Shown: in pieces, positions 10,657-24,101 of the stretch
Numbering within the stretch: position 1 is the stretch's first letter
How the letters are laid out: the number at the start of each line of letters is the position of its first letter
Assembly (NCBI GenBank): GCA_000182565.2
Contig: KQ257461.1
Length of the DNA: 64,000 nt
Source of the DNA: Spizellomyces punctatus DAOM BR117
Lineage: Eukaryota
Strand: one strand, 5' to 3'
Translations under genes and position numbers: made by a program
The notes under the pieces: model-generated
The model's database searches: none
What the model was told of the DNA's origin: nothing
Seen by the model: the letters and a program-made list of their open reading frames with translations, nothing else

Positions 10657-11841
10657 ATGACTACTGACGAGGAACGTCCTGGTTTCGGCCATGTCTCCTT
10701 TGCAGAGTCACATATGGCAAAGTTTGGGTGGGAGAAAGGACAAGGGCTAGGGAAGAATAGAGGTGAGGACGACTTTACGGTGAATTTGCTTGAATTGGTG
10801 GTTGACGCATTCTGGTTCGCAGACGGTATTAGCCGAGCGGTATCAGTTGGGTTCAAAAATGACACTCAGGGGGTGAGTTCTGCGATCTTCTCTTTTGGCT
10901 TTGCAGAAGCAATTTTGCTGATTGGTTTCAATTCCATTCAGCTGGGCGCCAAAGCCGACGAATGGTCTTTTGCGTGGTGGGACCACGTTTTCAACAAAAC
11001 CTCAGCGTCCATCCAAATCTCCAAGGACGAAACTTCCGAAACGATTCAAGTCAGTGCCCAAGTCAACAAAAAGGCAGAAAAAGCCCTATTATACGGATCG
11101 TTTGTTAAAGCCACACCTGAAAACGTGGTCAGCGAGGATAAGGACTATACAATCAAGGTGACGGACGAGGAGCTCTTGAAGGCGTGTGAGGGGAGGACAG
11201 CGAGGAAGGGCGCTAGGGCGCATCAACCTGGCAAGCTGGCCAGAGCGGGTATGGAGGAACTGACGGGTTCTGTGTCGGATGAGGAAAGACAGGTTGGGTT
11301 GAAGAGGAAGACAGTGTCGGAGGATGGAGATGAAGGCGATACCGTGGAGAAAAAGAAACGAAAAAAGGAGAAAAAGGAGAAGAGACGTAAGGAGAGAACG
11401 AACGAAGAGGAAGATAAAAAGAGCAAAAAGCGGGAAAAGAAGAATCGGGACAAGAAGGCTGAGAAGAAGGCCAAGACAAAGCGCCTATCCAAGTGTGATA
11501 CTCCGCCAAGCACTGAGGATGACTCTGAACCTGCCAAACCCGACACCGCTACACAAGAGAGAAATCATCAAGCAAATGACACAAAAGAGGACTTGTGCAC
11601 CACCCTTGCCCCATCAGACCCCATTCCCTCAGACAACCAAATAGAAATAAAAGACAAGAAGAAAAAGAAGCGACGAGAAACATCACCACCATCCGAGACT
11701 GCCGACGACGAAACGGCGCCACCAAAGGCGAAAAAGGAAAAAAAGAAAAAGACCAAAACAAAGACGACGACAGCGGATGCAGACAGCCAGGACAGGACTG
11801 TGCAAAAGAAGAAAAAGAAGCGAAAGGGCATGGATGCATAA
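10657..11841 (+). CDS. G-patch domain protein, GPATCH4/Tma23-like, with Lys/Glu-rich nucleolar tail
   Basis: FAESHMAKFGWEKGQGLGKN..GISRAVSVGFKNDTQG|LG..FAWWDHVFNK and VTDEELLKACEGRTARKGAR; two short in-frame introns near 10764 and 10873. Confidence 0.88.
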   Translation: MTTDEERPGFGHVSFAESHMAKFGWEKGQGLGKNRGEDDFTVNLLELVVDAFWFADGISRAVSVGFKNDTQGVSSAIFSFGFAEAILLIGFNSIQLGAKADEWSFAWWDHVFNKTSASIQISKDETSETIQVSAQVNKKAEKALLYGSFVKATPENVVSEDKDYTIKVTDEELLKACEGRTARKGARAHQPGKLARAGMEELTGSVSDEERQVGLKRKTVSEDGDEGDTVEKKKRKKEKKEKRRKERTNEEEDKKSKKREKKNRDKKAEKKAKTKRLSKCDTPPSTEDDSEPAKPDTATQERNHQANDTKEDLCTTLAPSDPIPSDNQIEIKDKKKKKRRETSPPSETADDETAPPKAKKEKKKKTKTKTTTADADSQDRTVQKKKKKRKGMDA

Positions 11842-11956
11842 ATAAAGAGCGCCGCATATATAGGCAATGGATTTTTTGCTACACAGATATACATTGTACA
11901 TAGTAATGATAACTGTCAGTTACATACGCTGTATCTATATACAGCCATACAGGGGT

Positions 11957-13406
11957 CTAATCAAGTGTTGGAGGGGGCTAATCGAAGAATACTAGTTACG
12001 CCAGTATGATCTGCCAGAGAAGGAGAGATCAATAATGAATACAAATGTCCTGGCACAAAAATTGTGGACACTAACCTGACAACTGATTGAACGGTCGATC
12101 TTGGACTCTAAAAGGTCTCAGACCCGTCTCATTGACAGAGACGCTCACATGTCCATGGTGAGCGTCTCGCGGCCTCCACTGTAAAATATAATCGAGGCGT
12201 TTTCCAGCCTGCTTATGATCATCCTCTGTCCCTTTCAGACACTGCTTCCATGGTTTCCATGTCTGAGGCTGTTGACCCGTCGCTTCCCTCAATGCGTCCA
12301 ACACCTCTGCATCACGAGATGTCAAGGTTTGCAACATGCGCAAGTACTCTTTGCCATCTCTCTGCGGCTCCCCTCCGAATCGCGCTCCAGGGACATTAAA
12401 GTCCCCCGCGAGAACAACAGCGTCGTTCACGGGGTCGTATGCCGATGCTTCTAGGACGGAATCTATAAAAGAGCGCATTTGAATGAATTGATCGTACCGA
12501 ATCGAGGATGCTGGCCCGGTTAGGTCGTCGCCGTCGTCGGGGTCATCTGGGAGGTAGGATGCTTGAAGGTGGGATGTAAAGAGGTGAAGACGGGTTTTGC
12601 GGTCGGGGGTATCGTCGAGAAGGATTTGAGTATACAAGACCCCTTTGGCTGCATACCTAACCAAAAATATGTCTCAATTTCGTGAAATTGGTGATAGAGA
12701 ATGTTGACTTACCTATCAGGACCGTACGCTCCTTGATACAATATGGTTTCGGTTTTAATGATGGGAAACCGACTCAACACCAACAACCCACTATCCACAA
12801 ATGTTCCCTTCCACCAATTCCGTTCGTTCCCATGCGCCCAATAGCGTAAGCCCCGTTCCGCAGCAGCATCCACCAACCGTTCCCGCCGTGAATTAAACGT
12901 CCCAAAAGTCTCCGACAATGCCATAATATCAAACTCATTGATCGCAGTCTCGATAAAAAGGTTTAACCGATCTTCTTTGTAGTCACGCCCAATGGATTCA
13001 ATCGGCGGGGGACGGAGATAAAAGTTGTATGCGAGCATGCGGATGCCGGTTGAGGGGAAGGAAGGGGGTGGGGTATCTGGAGTGGCCAGAGGAGGTGTCC
13101 GAGCGAATAAGGGTCTTGCTAAATTGTAGAATTGTCAAAAAGAGGTATACATTTATTGACACTCATCAGCAAACCATTCTTACCAAGTAACGCAAAAAGT
13201 CCTAATAAAACCACTAGAAAGCCGAATAGATATAACCCCAGTTTCCCCAAAACACGTTTCGTAGAGTGATTGGAGCGCAATCTCCGAAACCACCCTTCAT
13301 CCGCCCGTCCACCATGCCCATCCTCAACATCCTCAGACCGTCCAAGAAGCGGTTCACGCTCATCCTGATGCAGTGGGGCATCTACAGCATCCATATTCCC
13401 ATCCAT
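11957..13406 (-). CDS. Endonuclease/exonuclease/phosphatase-family protein (neutral sphingomyelinase-like) with an N-terminal TM helix
   Basis: Motifs LAYN, DIMALSE, DSGLLVLSRFPI, AAKG, TSHLQA, VVLAGDFN, RLDYIL and a spliced LS|DH end; hydrophobic LGLYLFGFLVVLLGLFALL. Confidence 0.88.
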
Positions 13407-13623
13407 CCTGTAAGATCACTAATACAAAAACCACGTACTGGTTGGCGTACGTCATCACCCGCCCGCTCAATCCATAGCTGCATCCATGGCAACAAACCAC
13501 ATCACGTGAAAGTGGGAAATGGAAGGGAGATTAGCGTGAGGTGAACGGAACTGAACGGACATCTTTACGAGTTTTTTCAATAAAAGCCCATCATTTTAAT
13601 TTACCATCCACTTTTATTACGCT

Positions 13624-14039
13624 ATGGGATTCGTTCGTGCTCTTGTTCGTCCTGCTGAGAATGGTACGTAGCGGACTGGAATAGAGTGTGTCATCTGCAA
13701 GTTGCTCTAATGACGGGAATACTGAATTGTGATTCCCACAGTTATTCGCCCACGCGAGGTGGCGAGTCGTATTTTCTGGCAGGTAAAGTACATTAGTAGA
13801 AACTAAAAAGTAGGACATTATCAAACAAAAAGTTTTTTAGAAACCCTCCCACATTCCAACCTACATTCGCGGAAAGGGCGATGCGCTTTGGTATGCTGTA
13901 ACGGTTGCGGGTATCACTGTTGGACTCGGGACCGCTCTCATTGAAGCCAACCAGTTGATCAAGGGGGTATGTAGATTGCGGGGTTCCTCTGTATTTGTGA
14001 ATGGGTACTAACTGGGTTGATGGTTTATAGAAGCAGTAA
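13624..14039 (+). CDS. Cytochrome c oxidase subunit VII/VIIa-like small protein (71 aa, 4 exons)
   Basis: Exons 13624-13663, 13742-13782, 13841-13966 and 14031-14039 splice in frame through GT-AG to MGFVRALVRPAENVIRPREVASRIFWQKPSHIPTYIRGKGDALWYAVTVAGITVGLGTALIEANQLIKGKQ. The PTY.RG..D motif plus one TM helix is typical of COX7/COX7A. Confidence 0.75.
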
Positions 14040-14304
14040 AGGGTTAGTTAGATGTGCATGGTGTAGAGTGTAGAGGGGAAGCTGCAAGGAAATCAAACAG
14101 AGGTTGCTTTATTGGTGTATTGACGAGACCTCATACCCACTGAACCCCCCGTCTGAGCCGTGTTGTTTTGTGTATGTTTTCTCTGTTGCATTTCTGTCAT
14201 GATGCACGACACGGATCCAAAAGCCCTTGAATGATGCACTGAAACGATCCATCTTTCTATATGCACAAAAGAAACTATACAAAAATGCACCACTAATAAA
14301 CATG

Positions 14305-17300
14305 CTAAAATGTTGGTTGCCGACACAAGGGACATGTAGACTGATTACTCGTGCGGAACCACTACATAATACCATGATGAGTGTCCACCAAATGTGGTCA
14401 AGAACAAGTAAACGAGAAAATAACTTTACCTTGTAAAGACAGGAGGAATGAAAGAGGTGTTTACACGTTTTACATTGTTTGGTGGGGAGAGTCCGATCAA
14501 TGACGCCAATAACCGAGTAACAGATAGCACAATCCTCAACACCTAGACAAAACCAAAAAAACACAATAAACAAACAAAAAACATCAACCAAAACAAAACG
14601 AAAACAACACACAAAAAAAACACCATACCTTGAAAATGCAACCCCAAATTCCTCCCAAACAATTTAACAGCCTCCAAAACACTCCCGCTCAAACTCCCAA
14701 TAACAGCAGAAGCACCCAACAACCAAGCCCTCCACCTCGCTTCACTAATCCCAGCAGAACGCCCACCAGCCCCACCTTCCACATCAACCAATTTCAAAGG
14801 AAAGGATCTCGGAATCCGAATCACCATTTCCAAAACCGCATCTTCAATAGCAAAACAAGCGACCACTTCACACCCCGTTTTATTGACACGCACAGAAAGG
14901 TCCGGGTACGCACTCAAATCAGCGTTCAGAATCTGAGACAATTCCGTTGAGATCAGGAGCGGTGAAAAGTACTTTTCAGTGTAGGATTCGACAGAGAGGG
15001 TTGTTTGTCGGTTTTTGCATTCTGACCACCAGATGCGGAGGAGGGTTGGTGTGTGGGTTAGTGTGCGGTAATAGAGGTGTGCGGAGAGGAGGGAAAATGA
15101 GAGAGGTGTCATATCAAAACCTAAAACATCACAAAATGAATACATGTCATCAAGGTGTTTGGATTCAACATCAAACAACAAGACATTACCTTGCAATTCA
15201 AAACTTTCGACATCCCATCGGGAACAATCAAACATTTTGGATCCCAACCCCAACAATCCAAACAAATCATCCAAAAACGTTGGTAGCAGGTCCAACCTCC
15301 TCAAATGCGACACATATTGGGATTTAAGATCAAACGTCTGCACATGACGATTTTAGCACAAACAAAAAACAAAAAAAAAGAAACACGTTTACATACAGCA
15401 TCTTGAAAATGATCAAAAAGAATCATCCAAGAAAGGAGGTACCCGAACGTTGAATGCGGATCATCCATCCCACGCTTTCGCACACTGTTTACAACATCCA
15501 CAGGAATCTCTTCCACATCTTCTTCTTTTCGCATCTCAACTCGAAGGCTCGCATCCGCAACATGGCGTACAACATGCTTGTGTATTAATCCATAGGCTGT
15601 TGTTTGAACCTGGTTGATAGGGACGTACAAGAGGTCGTAGAGCTATGACATGCGTTTTTTAATAAAATGCGTGTTGAAATGAGAATGGTAGATTGGTCAC
15701 GTACCGTGGACCCAGGCACCGAAAACAAGATGGAATCCGGAACAGAGCTCACGAAATCCGCAATACGTGTCCAAATATCCTGTTCTGGGTCCGATACACC
15801 CTCTGGACCTATACAACAGTTTAGCCCAATCTCCAAAAGTGGCATAGATAACATACACGTACTCGTGTTGACAAAAATGTCTAGTACCGTGCTATAAATC
15901 TCTTGTGCACGGTCTGTAAGGGTTGGATAGGTATCAGGGAACACTTGCGCGGCATCTTGAAGAGCACTGAATAACCCGAGTCCATAAAACAAGAGGACGC
16001 GAGATTCAGGTGTAGATTGGATACCCCCCTACATTCTCACATCATTAACCAATACCCCTATAAATACTAAAAAACAAATAAAAACGCTGTCAAACCTACC
16101 TGAATCCACTTTTGACACACCTCCAAAACCCACTGTCCAACATGTATCCCAACATCAACATGTCGTACCACACTCTCCAAAAAGATGGCAACATGTCGAT
16201 TCAAATCCAATCCAACAGGTTCGGTATACCACCCCCGAATCGCACGGACAAGATTCAAGAGTTTCGAGGTATCTACAAGTGTCGTCGAGTCTTTTTGTAG
16301 TAGCGCAACAAGAAGCCAGAGTCTCGTAATCGCCGTTTCAGATCCAGTCGTCCGTACGACCTTTCGTTCCATATCCAGTAATCGAGAAACAAGGGTCCGG
16401 ATCCCTCTATCCCGATGCTCAGCAAGTAAATCCAAAACCCAATCATTCCAAATCCCGCGTACAAATCGACACTCGACAGATAAACCAAAGTCCATCCATA
16501 GGACCGCATCCGTGTGGTGCAGGCCCACTTTTGGGAAGACCTTGTCAAGAGCCGTGTGTAGCGCCCGAGCATGCAAATTCGAGTCTAATGCAGAGCGTAG
16601 GAGCGAACAAAGCATGTCTGAAAGGAGATCAGGTGGTTGGACGGAGACATTTGAACCGTTCACAACGTCGCGAAATAAGGTTGCAAGGCGGGTATGGAAA
16701 TCCGGGTCAACGTGAATGGAATCCACCACGGTCTCCAACACGTTATTCAACTCTGATGGGATATTCCACTCTACGACTTTGGTTTCATGTTCATGGAGAG
16801 AGGTTAAGTCGTTCCAAAGGACGCCCCATACAACCACTTGACCCAACATCCATCCCCGGTCCTCGAAAAACGATGCATTCCGGGCAAAGGAGAGAATAAT
16901 GCCAATCCACCGGACTAGTACACTGTTCCCGTACACGTCTGTCTCATGCGTTGGGAGCGGGTGTGCGTCGTCAGTCAAGGGGATCAGGGGGTCTGTGAGT
17001 GCTAGGTAGGGTGTATACACATGATAAGTCGAATAAAGGGACTGCCAGAAGCTTGGGGTGTGAATGAGACGGGCGGTAAGAGAGTCAGAGACTTTGGATT
17101 GGATAGACTTGAATTGAGAGACAAATGTATCGATGCTTTATCAAACAGAGAAAAACAGTCAGCACCACGTAAATAAAGCAACATGAAGCAAAAAAAAAAA
17201 AAAAATGACATTACCTCCCACGGTACTCCACATTCCCCACATTCGCTTCCCACCTCTTCACCAACACATCAGAATCCACACACACATACCCCTCCCAAAG

Positions 17301-20300
17301 CCTTTTAGCCACCCCAAGCGCCTCACGCACATCCCCAGTCTCATCTTCTCCATCCACAAACGCCAGATCCAAAATATCCGGAATCATGGAAGCCATGATA
17401 GGCGTATTCGAGAGGTGTTGGAGAATATGGAGGACAGTGAATGCTCGACCGGTATGAGTTGCGTCATGGTACCCAATGACGAGATCAGTGGTAAAGTTTG
17501 AGAGAACGGTTTGGAGGATTGTTGTGATATACTGGACCGTTTCGGGAGTCAAGACAGGGGATTCTAAAAAAACCCGGGAAATCTTCAAACATACTGCACA
17601 CTCGATGACAACATACAATATACATACCAGGTCCAAACCGCAAACATGTTGCAACAACCACTTCGACACTCGACACATCCTCACCCCTCTCCAACCGATT
17701 TGTCGCACATTCTGTCACGAGGGCATCGATCCGGGGGTCCGTTAAATCCGCTTGTACGGTATCAAGAACGAGGGTCATCAAGTTTGCAAAACATGGTATA
17801 ACGTTGTCCATCCCAAACACGAAATCAAGAACTTGGGTCCATACACTACGGACAGCGGTGGAAGGGAGAACCGAAAGGTAAATGACAAGCATGGAGAGTA
17901 TATTTGATGCGGGTTTGGGGTGGGTTGTCAATGATTTGAGGCGGGTTAAAAAGGTGGTAAGAAGTGTGTGGGTTTCAGGACATGTCAAGATGGATGAAAA
18001 GGACGTGGACAAGGTTGCGAGGAGATGGGCGTGCCCAGAGAGACGTTCTAATCCATATACGTTTAGAGGGTTGAAATTCACAATAAAAAAAGAATCATGA
18101 CTGTTACTCACCGTTGGGTGATATCACATCAAGTATCCGACAAAACAACCGTGTCGCAATCCGTTCAACAGAATCCTACACAAACATTTTGCATTGATAC
18201 CAACATTCTACACTCGATATCAGACAAACGGTACTTACCCGCACGCTCCCACCCTGCTCAGCAAGACACGCTAAAAGCTCTCCACAGCGCACAGACATGC
18301 TCTCAAATTCGGGTCCAATGGCTGCCTCATCCGGATACACACCCCGCACAATCGCACCCTCCAACACGCGTTCCAGCGTCTTCATAAAGCAGTCCACAAG
18401 AGAAGCTATGGCACAACATCCAGAATCAATCCGTCAGTATACGTATATGCAATATGAACTACGTGACAAGATACGAACTAGGTATCTGCGAGCTCGTGCT
18501 CAATTTATAGACATATTTGGCCGTGATCGTTGACACGTTCCGTGGTTTAAGCCGTTTAGACACATCATACTAAAGGAACTGTCAACACAACAAAAAACCA
18601 CAAAATACAAAAACACAGACGCAAACCTTTTCCGGAAACAAATATACAAAAACAGGTCGAAAGAGGTCCCCCTCCACTCGTTCTTGAGCTGTATCCTGCC
18701 CTCTGCATGGTTCATGAGTCATGGTCCAAAGTTAACAGACACCCAAATAATCCATCCAAGCACACTCTTACCCAGACTGGACAATCAAAAACAGGGTACA
18801 CTCGAACCAAGATTCCAAGAAGATATGATCGTTTGTTTTGTCAATGGAACCACTCTCTAACCCTTGCCAAAAGTTTGATAAAAACTCGGGTGCAAATGTC
18901 TCCTTCGATAGAATCTACGCCAATATGCGGAGTATGCCCAAACATTAACATCCCGTCATGTCACAATTGCTTTCGAGACTTTTACGTACCTCTGGAGGGA
19001 GACAAGCAAGCAACGCCAATAAACTCGGATAAGAAACACCAACCGAACCAAACGCTCCATGCCGTAGAAACCCAAACAACTTCTGAAGAGGTGGACGTTT
19101 AGAAGGGAGGAGCCAAGATTCCGGACAAGCCTTCGTGAAAAACACAAGGGATTCCCAGAGTTCGCTGTGCGTGGACGGGTCCTTGTCTGAAAAGACCTTT
19201 CCTGGGAAGATGGGAACAAGAATGTCCAGCCGCTTTTTAAGAATCTCTTTGGAATATGTATCAGTGTCTGTTGATATTTCATGTAGGGGGACCTACGCAC
19301 CAGGTTCAACGCGACTGATCGTCTTGATCAAGGCATAACTTGCTCGTCGGATCGGGGCAAGGGGGTGCGTACACATGTTCCAAAAAGTCGGATTATCAAA
19401 GAGTGTGTCATATTTGGATATCGATTTTGTGATCTCGGAAAGGGGGAGTTGGTCTATAGAGTGTACGTTAGCCATTAGCAATAATAGTGATACTTGACAA
19501 TACATACCAAAGAGATAGGCAAGCATGTAAAAGCAGCTCGATACCACCCGCGCGTATTTGGACATGACATCTTCCGGAGTGGTGAACCGTGGGTCGCCTA
19601 ATGGTGGATTTGTGGTCAAAGGAGCCTTCCCAACCCGGCAAAGCAAAATAGACGCATACTCATTGTTTCTGGAGTCTGATGCAAAAGGGTGTCGATAACA
19701 AAATCCAGAATCTCCGATTGACAATACACGAGGACCTCGACTTGCTTGCTCGGAAACGCCGTCTACGACACACATTTAGTTATGTGCAGTATACCAAGAC
19801 TCATTGCACATCTTACCTGAAAGGCCTCGCCAGCAATCCTCGCAACCTCTTTATTCGCATCAAACCGCGCACAAAACCAAGACCCAATAACTTGCTTCAA
19901 GTACGGCGCAAACTGTTTACGAACTTGACGGACCAACCCCAACTGGACCGTGACCGTCATTTCACGAACACGCCGATCCGCGTCAATGACGAGCCGGTTA
20001 AAGGATTTAGACTAGAGTGCACATTGATACTTGATCAGCTTTCTCATTTTTTGCGTGGGTGATTTGGTGAAAGGGGACCAAGAGGGGACGTACCCGATAC
20101 GCACCCATGCCGGTAAAATATCTTTAACAGTCTCAGAGGGTTCGGAAGAGACATATGCAGAGAGGTCTTCAAGGGCCTTAATACGGGTAACTGTATCCCG
20201 TTTTGAAAGGCGCTTGAATAGGACCTATCGGAAGGTGACGCAAAGTGTGAATAGTTTTCAAAAACCATTTTAGACTTTAAAGTCATGTACGCACCTTGAC

Positions 20301-20527
20301 ATCCCCATGCAAATCTCCCAACTCCCATTCAGCACCAGCACCAAACGCAGGTGCACCCAAACCAACCGTAAGGCCTCCAAACCCCTCCGTCAAGAGCTCG
20401 GCCGCACGACTAGAAAAAAAAGGTTGCTCAAACAAAAATATTACGGTTCCAATTGACCAAAGGAAACGTACCTGCTTGCGGCGGGTTGAATATTGCCCTT
20501 GACTCTTCGTTCCTTTTCCCTACCCAT
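14305..20527 (-). CDS. LTN1: E3 ubiquitin ligase listerin (Ltn1/Rkr1), many exons
   Basis: N-terminal [18 protein letters not shown] and [19 protein letters not shown]-like [21 protein letters not shown]-terminal [51 protein letters not shown]. Confidence 0.96.
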
Positions 20528-20908
20528 GCCAGGCACTAACACTAACAAGGTACAATTTGCAAATTGCAAACTGGACATTTGGTAACTTGCGTCGATCTTG
20601 CTTATGTGACTCATCCGCATTACCACGGCAACAGCGACTTGTGGTATAACCAAAATACAGTACACTGCGCGGATGGAATCAACTTTAGCCATCATGTTTG
20701 AACCGCAAAAATGTGATCAACTGGGCACAGTCAACGATGATACTAATTTGGTTGTTTCATGCTTCCATATTTGGCTAAATCGTTTATGTTAAGTTTTATA
20801 TTTGGTTGAAACTTGCTTGTTATGAGACACTCAGCCACATTGATTTCGCTTTTCTTTAAGACCCTGCCTGCCCAGTTTGCTGTTGATTCCTGCCATATTC
20901 TTTGCACC

Positions 20909-22043
20909 ATGTCAGCAATCACCGACAAGATATTCTTTCGTTTGGCCATTGCCAAGTCAGACGGAACAATGACCACCGACAAGATTATTCCATTCCCACA
21001 TAGCAATGGTATTGTGAATATGCGTGAAGTCCAGGAAGCATTCGGCCTGCAGAGTGTCGAAAGAGTCGGTTCCACCCTTGCGGATACGCAACCCATTTAC
21101 ACCGATGCCAGAGGTGGAAACTTGGTTCCGTTTATGCCTGGAGAAATTGTGTTGATAACGGGACCAGAAGGTTTGGAAAACAAAAAACAAACATTCCAGC
21201 TTGTCATGAATATCAATGGAAGTATTTCTTCTAGGTGTAGAACGAAAGCAACCTTTTGGCCAAACTACATGGTCGCATGTCCTAGAGGCTACCGGCTGCA
21301 AGTATAATGGAGAGGAATGGGAAATCAGAGCTGAAATGGAAATGATTGAAGAACCGGACGAATGGTTATGTAAGTTTGGTATCACTCCGTGCATTGTACC
21401 TCAGATTTGCCAAAACTCTTTTATGTTATTAGTACAATCCCTTCAACGGTATATTTCCATATGGCCTCTGACCAGTGAACACGCACGGCGGGCCATTATA
21501 GATCTCATTCTCACTGCAGTGCTTAGCCGCGCTGAATTTAAGAAGCAGTTACGGCCCTACACTGAAAAAACCATGGGAATTTCTCAGCTCACTCCTAGTG
21601 GTATGCGTACGCTGTCCGGTCGTCCTGATTACCTCATCGGTCACGGTAATCTTGTGCCCATAACTGTACCGGATCCACAACACGAATCCCATCTGGTAGT
21701 CTTGGAAGCCAAACTTGCATGGGACGAGGAACAAGATATACTGCAATGTGTAGCGGGTGCAGCTGTAGTACATGCAAAAAGGCGGGAAGCTAACAAAAGT
21801 AACCGGAAAACGTGGGGTGTGCTAACCAATGCACGTATCTGGACAGGATGTGCAATTGACGATAACGGTGAAATTAGCATCGCGGGGGATCCGTTCATTC
21901 TGTTCTATTATAGAACGAGAAGAGATCTCGTATGGGCAGATATCAAAGACGTGTATTCCTTTATTGTTCATATTATGAGGCTCTCCTATGAGGCTTCTCC
22001 GACGACAACACCATGTACATCGGTAGAATCAATGGAAGGTTAA
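20909..22043 (+). CDS. PD-(D/E)XK restriction-endonuclease-fold protein with a small N-terminal header domain (Crinkler-like architecture)
   Basis: Intron 21171-21234 and a probable in-frame intron 21370-21432. The C-terminal domain has SEHARR..E..LSGRPDYLIG..VVLEAK..LQCV..WGVLTNARIW. Confidence 0.78.
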
Positions 22044-22207
22044 TTTTATTTAATTAGTATCAGGGGTTGAGTTGATCACATTCGATTCCATCCGCGCACT
22101 TGCTTTCCTTTTATGGCACATACCAAACCAATTCATCTGGATACAATGCACAAGCACTGCAGCCTATCTGCCAAGCGCATAGCTTGCCTATTCACATTAG
22201 CCAAAAC

Positions 22208-23529
22208 ATGCCAAAAACCGAGCCGGAAACCGAGGACCCGCCACCGCACAACTTTGAGCAAGACCCATACGACCCACCACCACCCTACGAAGCCCCCTCA
22301 ACACATCCCATCGTCGACGCCCTCCGCATCCAACTCGCATCCCTCGGACTCGACACACGCGGACGAAAACGGGATCTACAAAAACGGCTCCGAAGCGCTC
22401 GTAAAAAGGTTGAGCGGGCAAATGAGGACAGTGGGTGGAGTGTACCGATTGAGCATTTGGATACGACGACGAGACCCAAGGAGGATCTTTATGCATGGTT
22501 GGACGAAAAGCGACCAGACGGGTAATTAATTATACAAAAACAACATGACCTCCATAGGTAATGACCTTTTCTCTTGATAGTGCCCAACCGTTTGACTATT
22601 ACTGCGTACTAGACGTGGAAGCCACATGCGATGCAGACTCGAATTGGGACTATCCGAATGAGATTATCGAGTTTCCTGTTGTGGTGATTGATGGGAGGCG
22701 GATGGAGGTTATTGGGGAGTTTCAAGAGTATGTCCGGCCGTTGGTATTTCCGAATGTGTCGGCGTTTTGTACAGAGTTGACTGGGATTACTCAGGTGGGT
22801 AGAATCAAGGGGGCAAAAGAGTGAAGTAGCTGAGGGAAGGGAATGGAAGGGATTGCAGCAAACCGCTTATGAGTCAATCCACCAAGCGACGAGTTTAGGC
22901 ATAAAGGGGAATGCCGCGTATATCCGTGTTATAAACGTCATATCTGATATCTTTCTTTTCACCATCTCTCCCACTCTCTATCTCTCGGTTCTCGTTATTC
23001 CCTGCTCTCTCTCTCTCTCGTCGCCCGTCACTCTTGTCTCTCTCGCCCATCACTCTTGTCTCTCTCGCACATGACTCACTGACATTCGTGATGACGTTCG
23101 TGATGAGGATAGTCTATTGTGGACGCAGCGGACCCGTTCCCGACCGTCTTGAGCAAATTCGAGCAATGGCTGACGCAATACACACGATATCCCTTTTCCA
23201 ACACACTCTTTATCAGCGACGGACCATGGGACATTCGCGACTTTATCCGCAAGCAATGCGCGCACTCGATCATGGAGCGACCAGCGTATTTGCAACGGTT
23301 TGTGGATTTGCGACGCCTGTATACAGATTTTTATGGACGAGAGCGACAGAATCTGAATGGGATGCTGCATGGACTTGGGATGACGTTTGAGGGGCGACCC
23401 CATTGTGGGATGGATGATGCGAGGAATATAGCGAGGATTGTGGTGAGGATGATGAAGGACGGGTGTGTGTTTGTGTGGAATCGGGAAGTAGTGGCGAGTA
23501 AAAGAGGGCGGAACAAGGCGTCCCGCTAG
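22208..23529 (+). CDS. ERI1: ERI1-family 3'-5' exoribonuclease (SAP-like plus DEDDh domains)
   Basis: LRIQLASLGLDTRGRKRDLQKRL (SAP), YYCVLDVEATC, NEIIEFP, FCTELTGITQ, SDGPWDIRDF, FEGRPHCGMDDARNIA. Confidence 0.93.
23021..23106. repeat. Short tandem duplications (22-bp and 12-bp units) in the unusually long ERI1 intron 2
   Basis: tcgccc(g/a)tcactcttgtctctc x2 plus a partial third copy; gac(a/g)ttcgtgat x2. Confidence 0.8.
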
Positions 23530-23689
23530 TTTGCCCCTTGCCAATTGTTGAGATTGTCTGCATAAAAAGAATAGCATTTTTTGGAATGAATGCAGAGGTG
23601 TGCAAGTGTTAGCGTTGCATAAAGAACGAGTTGTAATTATGTGTTGAAGAAGAAGAAGAAGACTCTTGAATGAATACAATGTGATAAAA

Positions 23690-23900
23690 AGAGAGAGAGA
23701 GAGAAGCACTTTTGCAATCATGAAGGGATAAATTCAATCTTTACATAGTTATTTCTAATATTTCTATTGAATTTCACACTCTCCCTCTCTCTCACATTAG
23801 ACAATTCTCTCTCACATTCACACACACTCTCTCTCTCTCTCTCTCTCACAAACCATTAGTGCCCATTCCAACATCTCATCTCTCTCTCCCTCTCTCTCTC
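23690..23900. repeat. (GA)n followed by (TC)n/(CA)n microsatellite tracts between ERI1 and the bHLH gene
   Basis: gagagagagagagag near 23691 and several ctctctct/cacacaca tracts at 23778-23900. Confidence 0.9.
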
Positions 23901-24101
23901 ACGTGATATTCACACTAGAACGTGTATTCATTCTCACATTTGATTGGTTCATTTTCATATAATCATAATGGATATTCTCACACGGGTTATTATTTCTCAT
24001 GCTTCTTTGTAGGTTGGCTTTTGCTTGTTCATTCCCTCTTTCCAATCTCATTCTCATCTCATTCCCCCATTAGAGAATCATCTACACACACGCACACAGC
24101 A

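Noticed and set aside
11213-11903. Several hydrophobic antisense ORFs
   Set aside because: Shadows of the Lys/Glu-rich tail of the G-patch gene.
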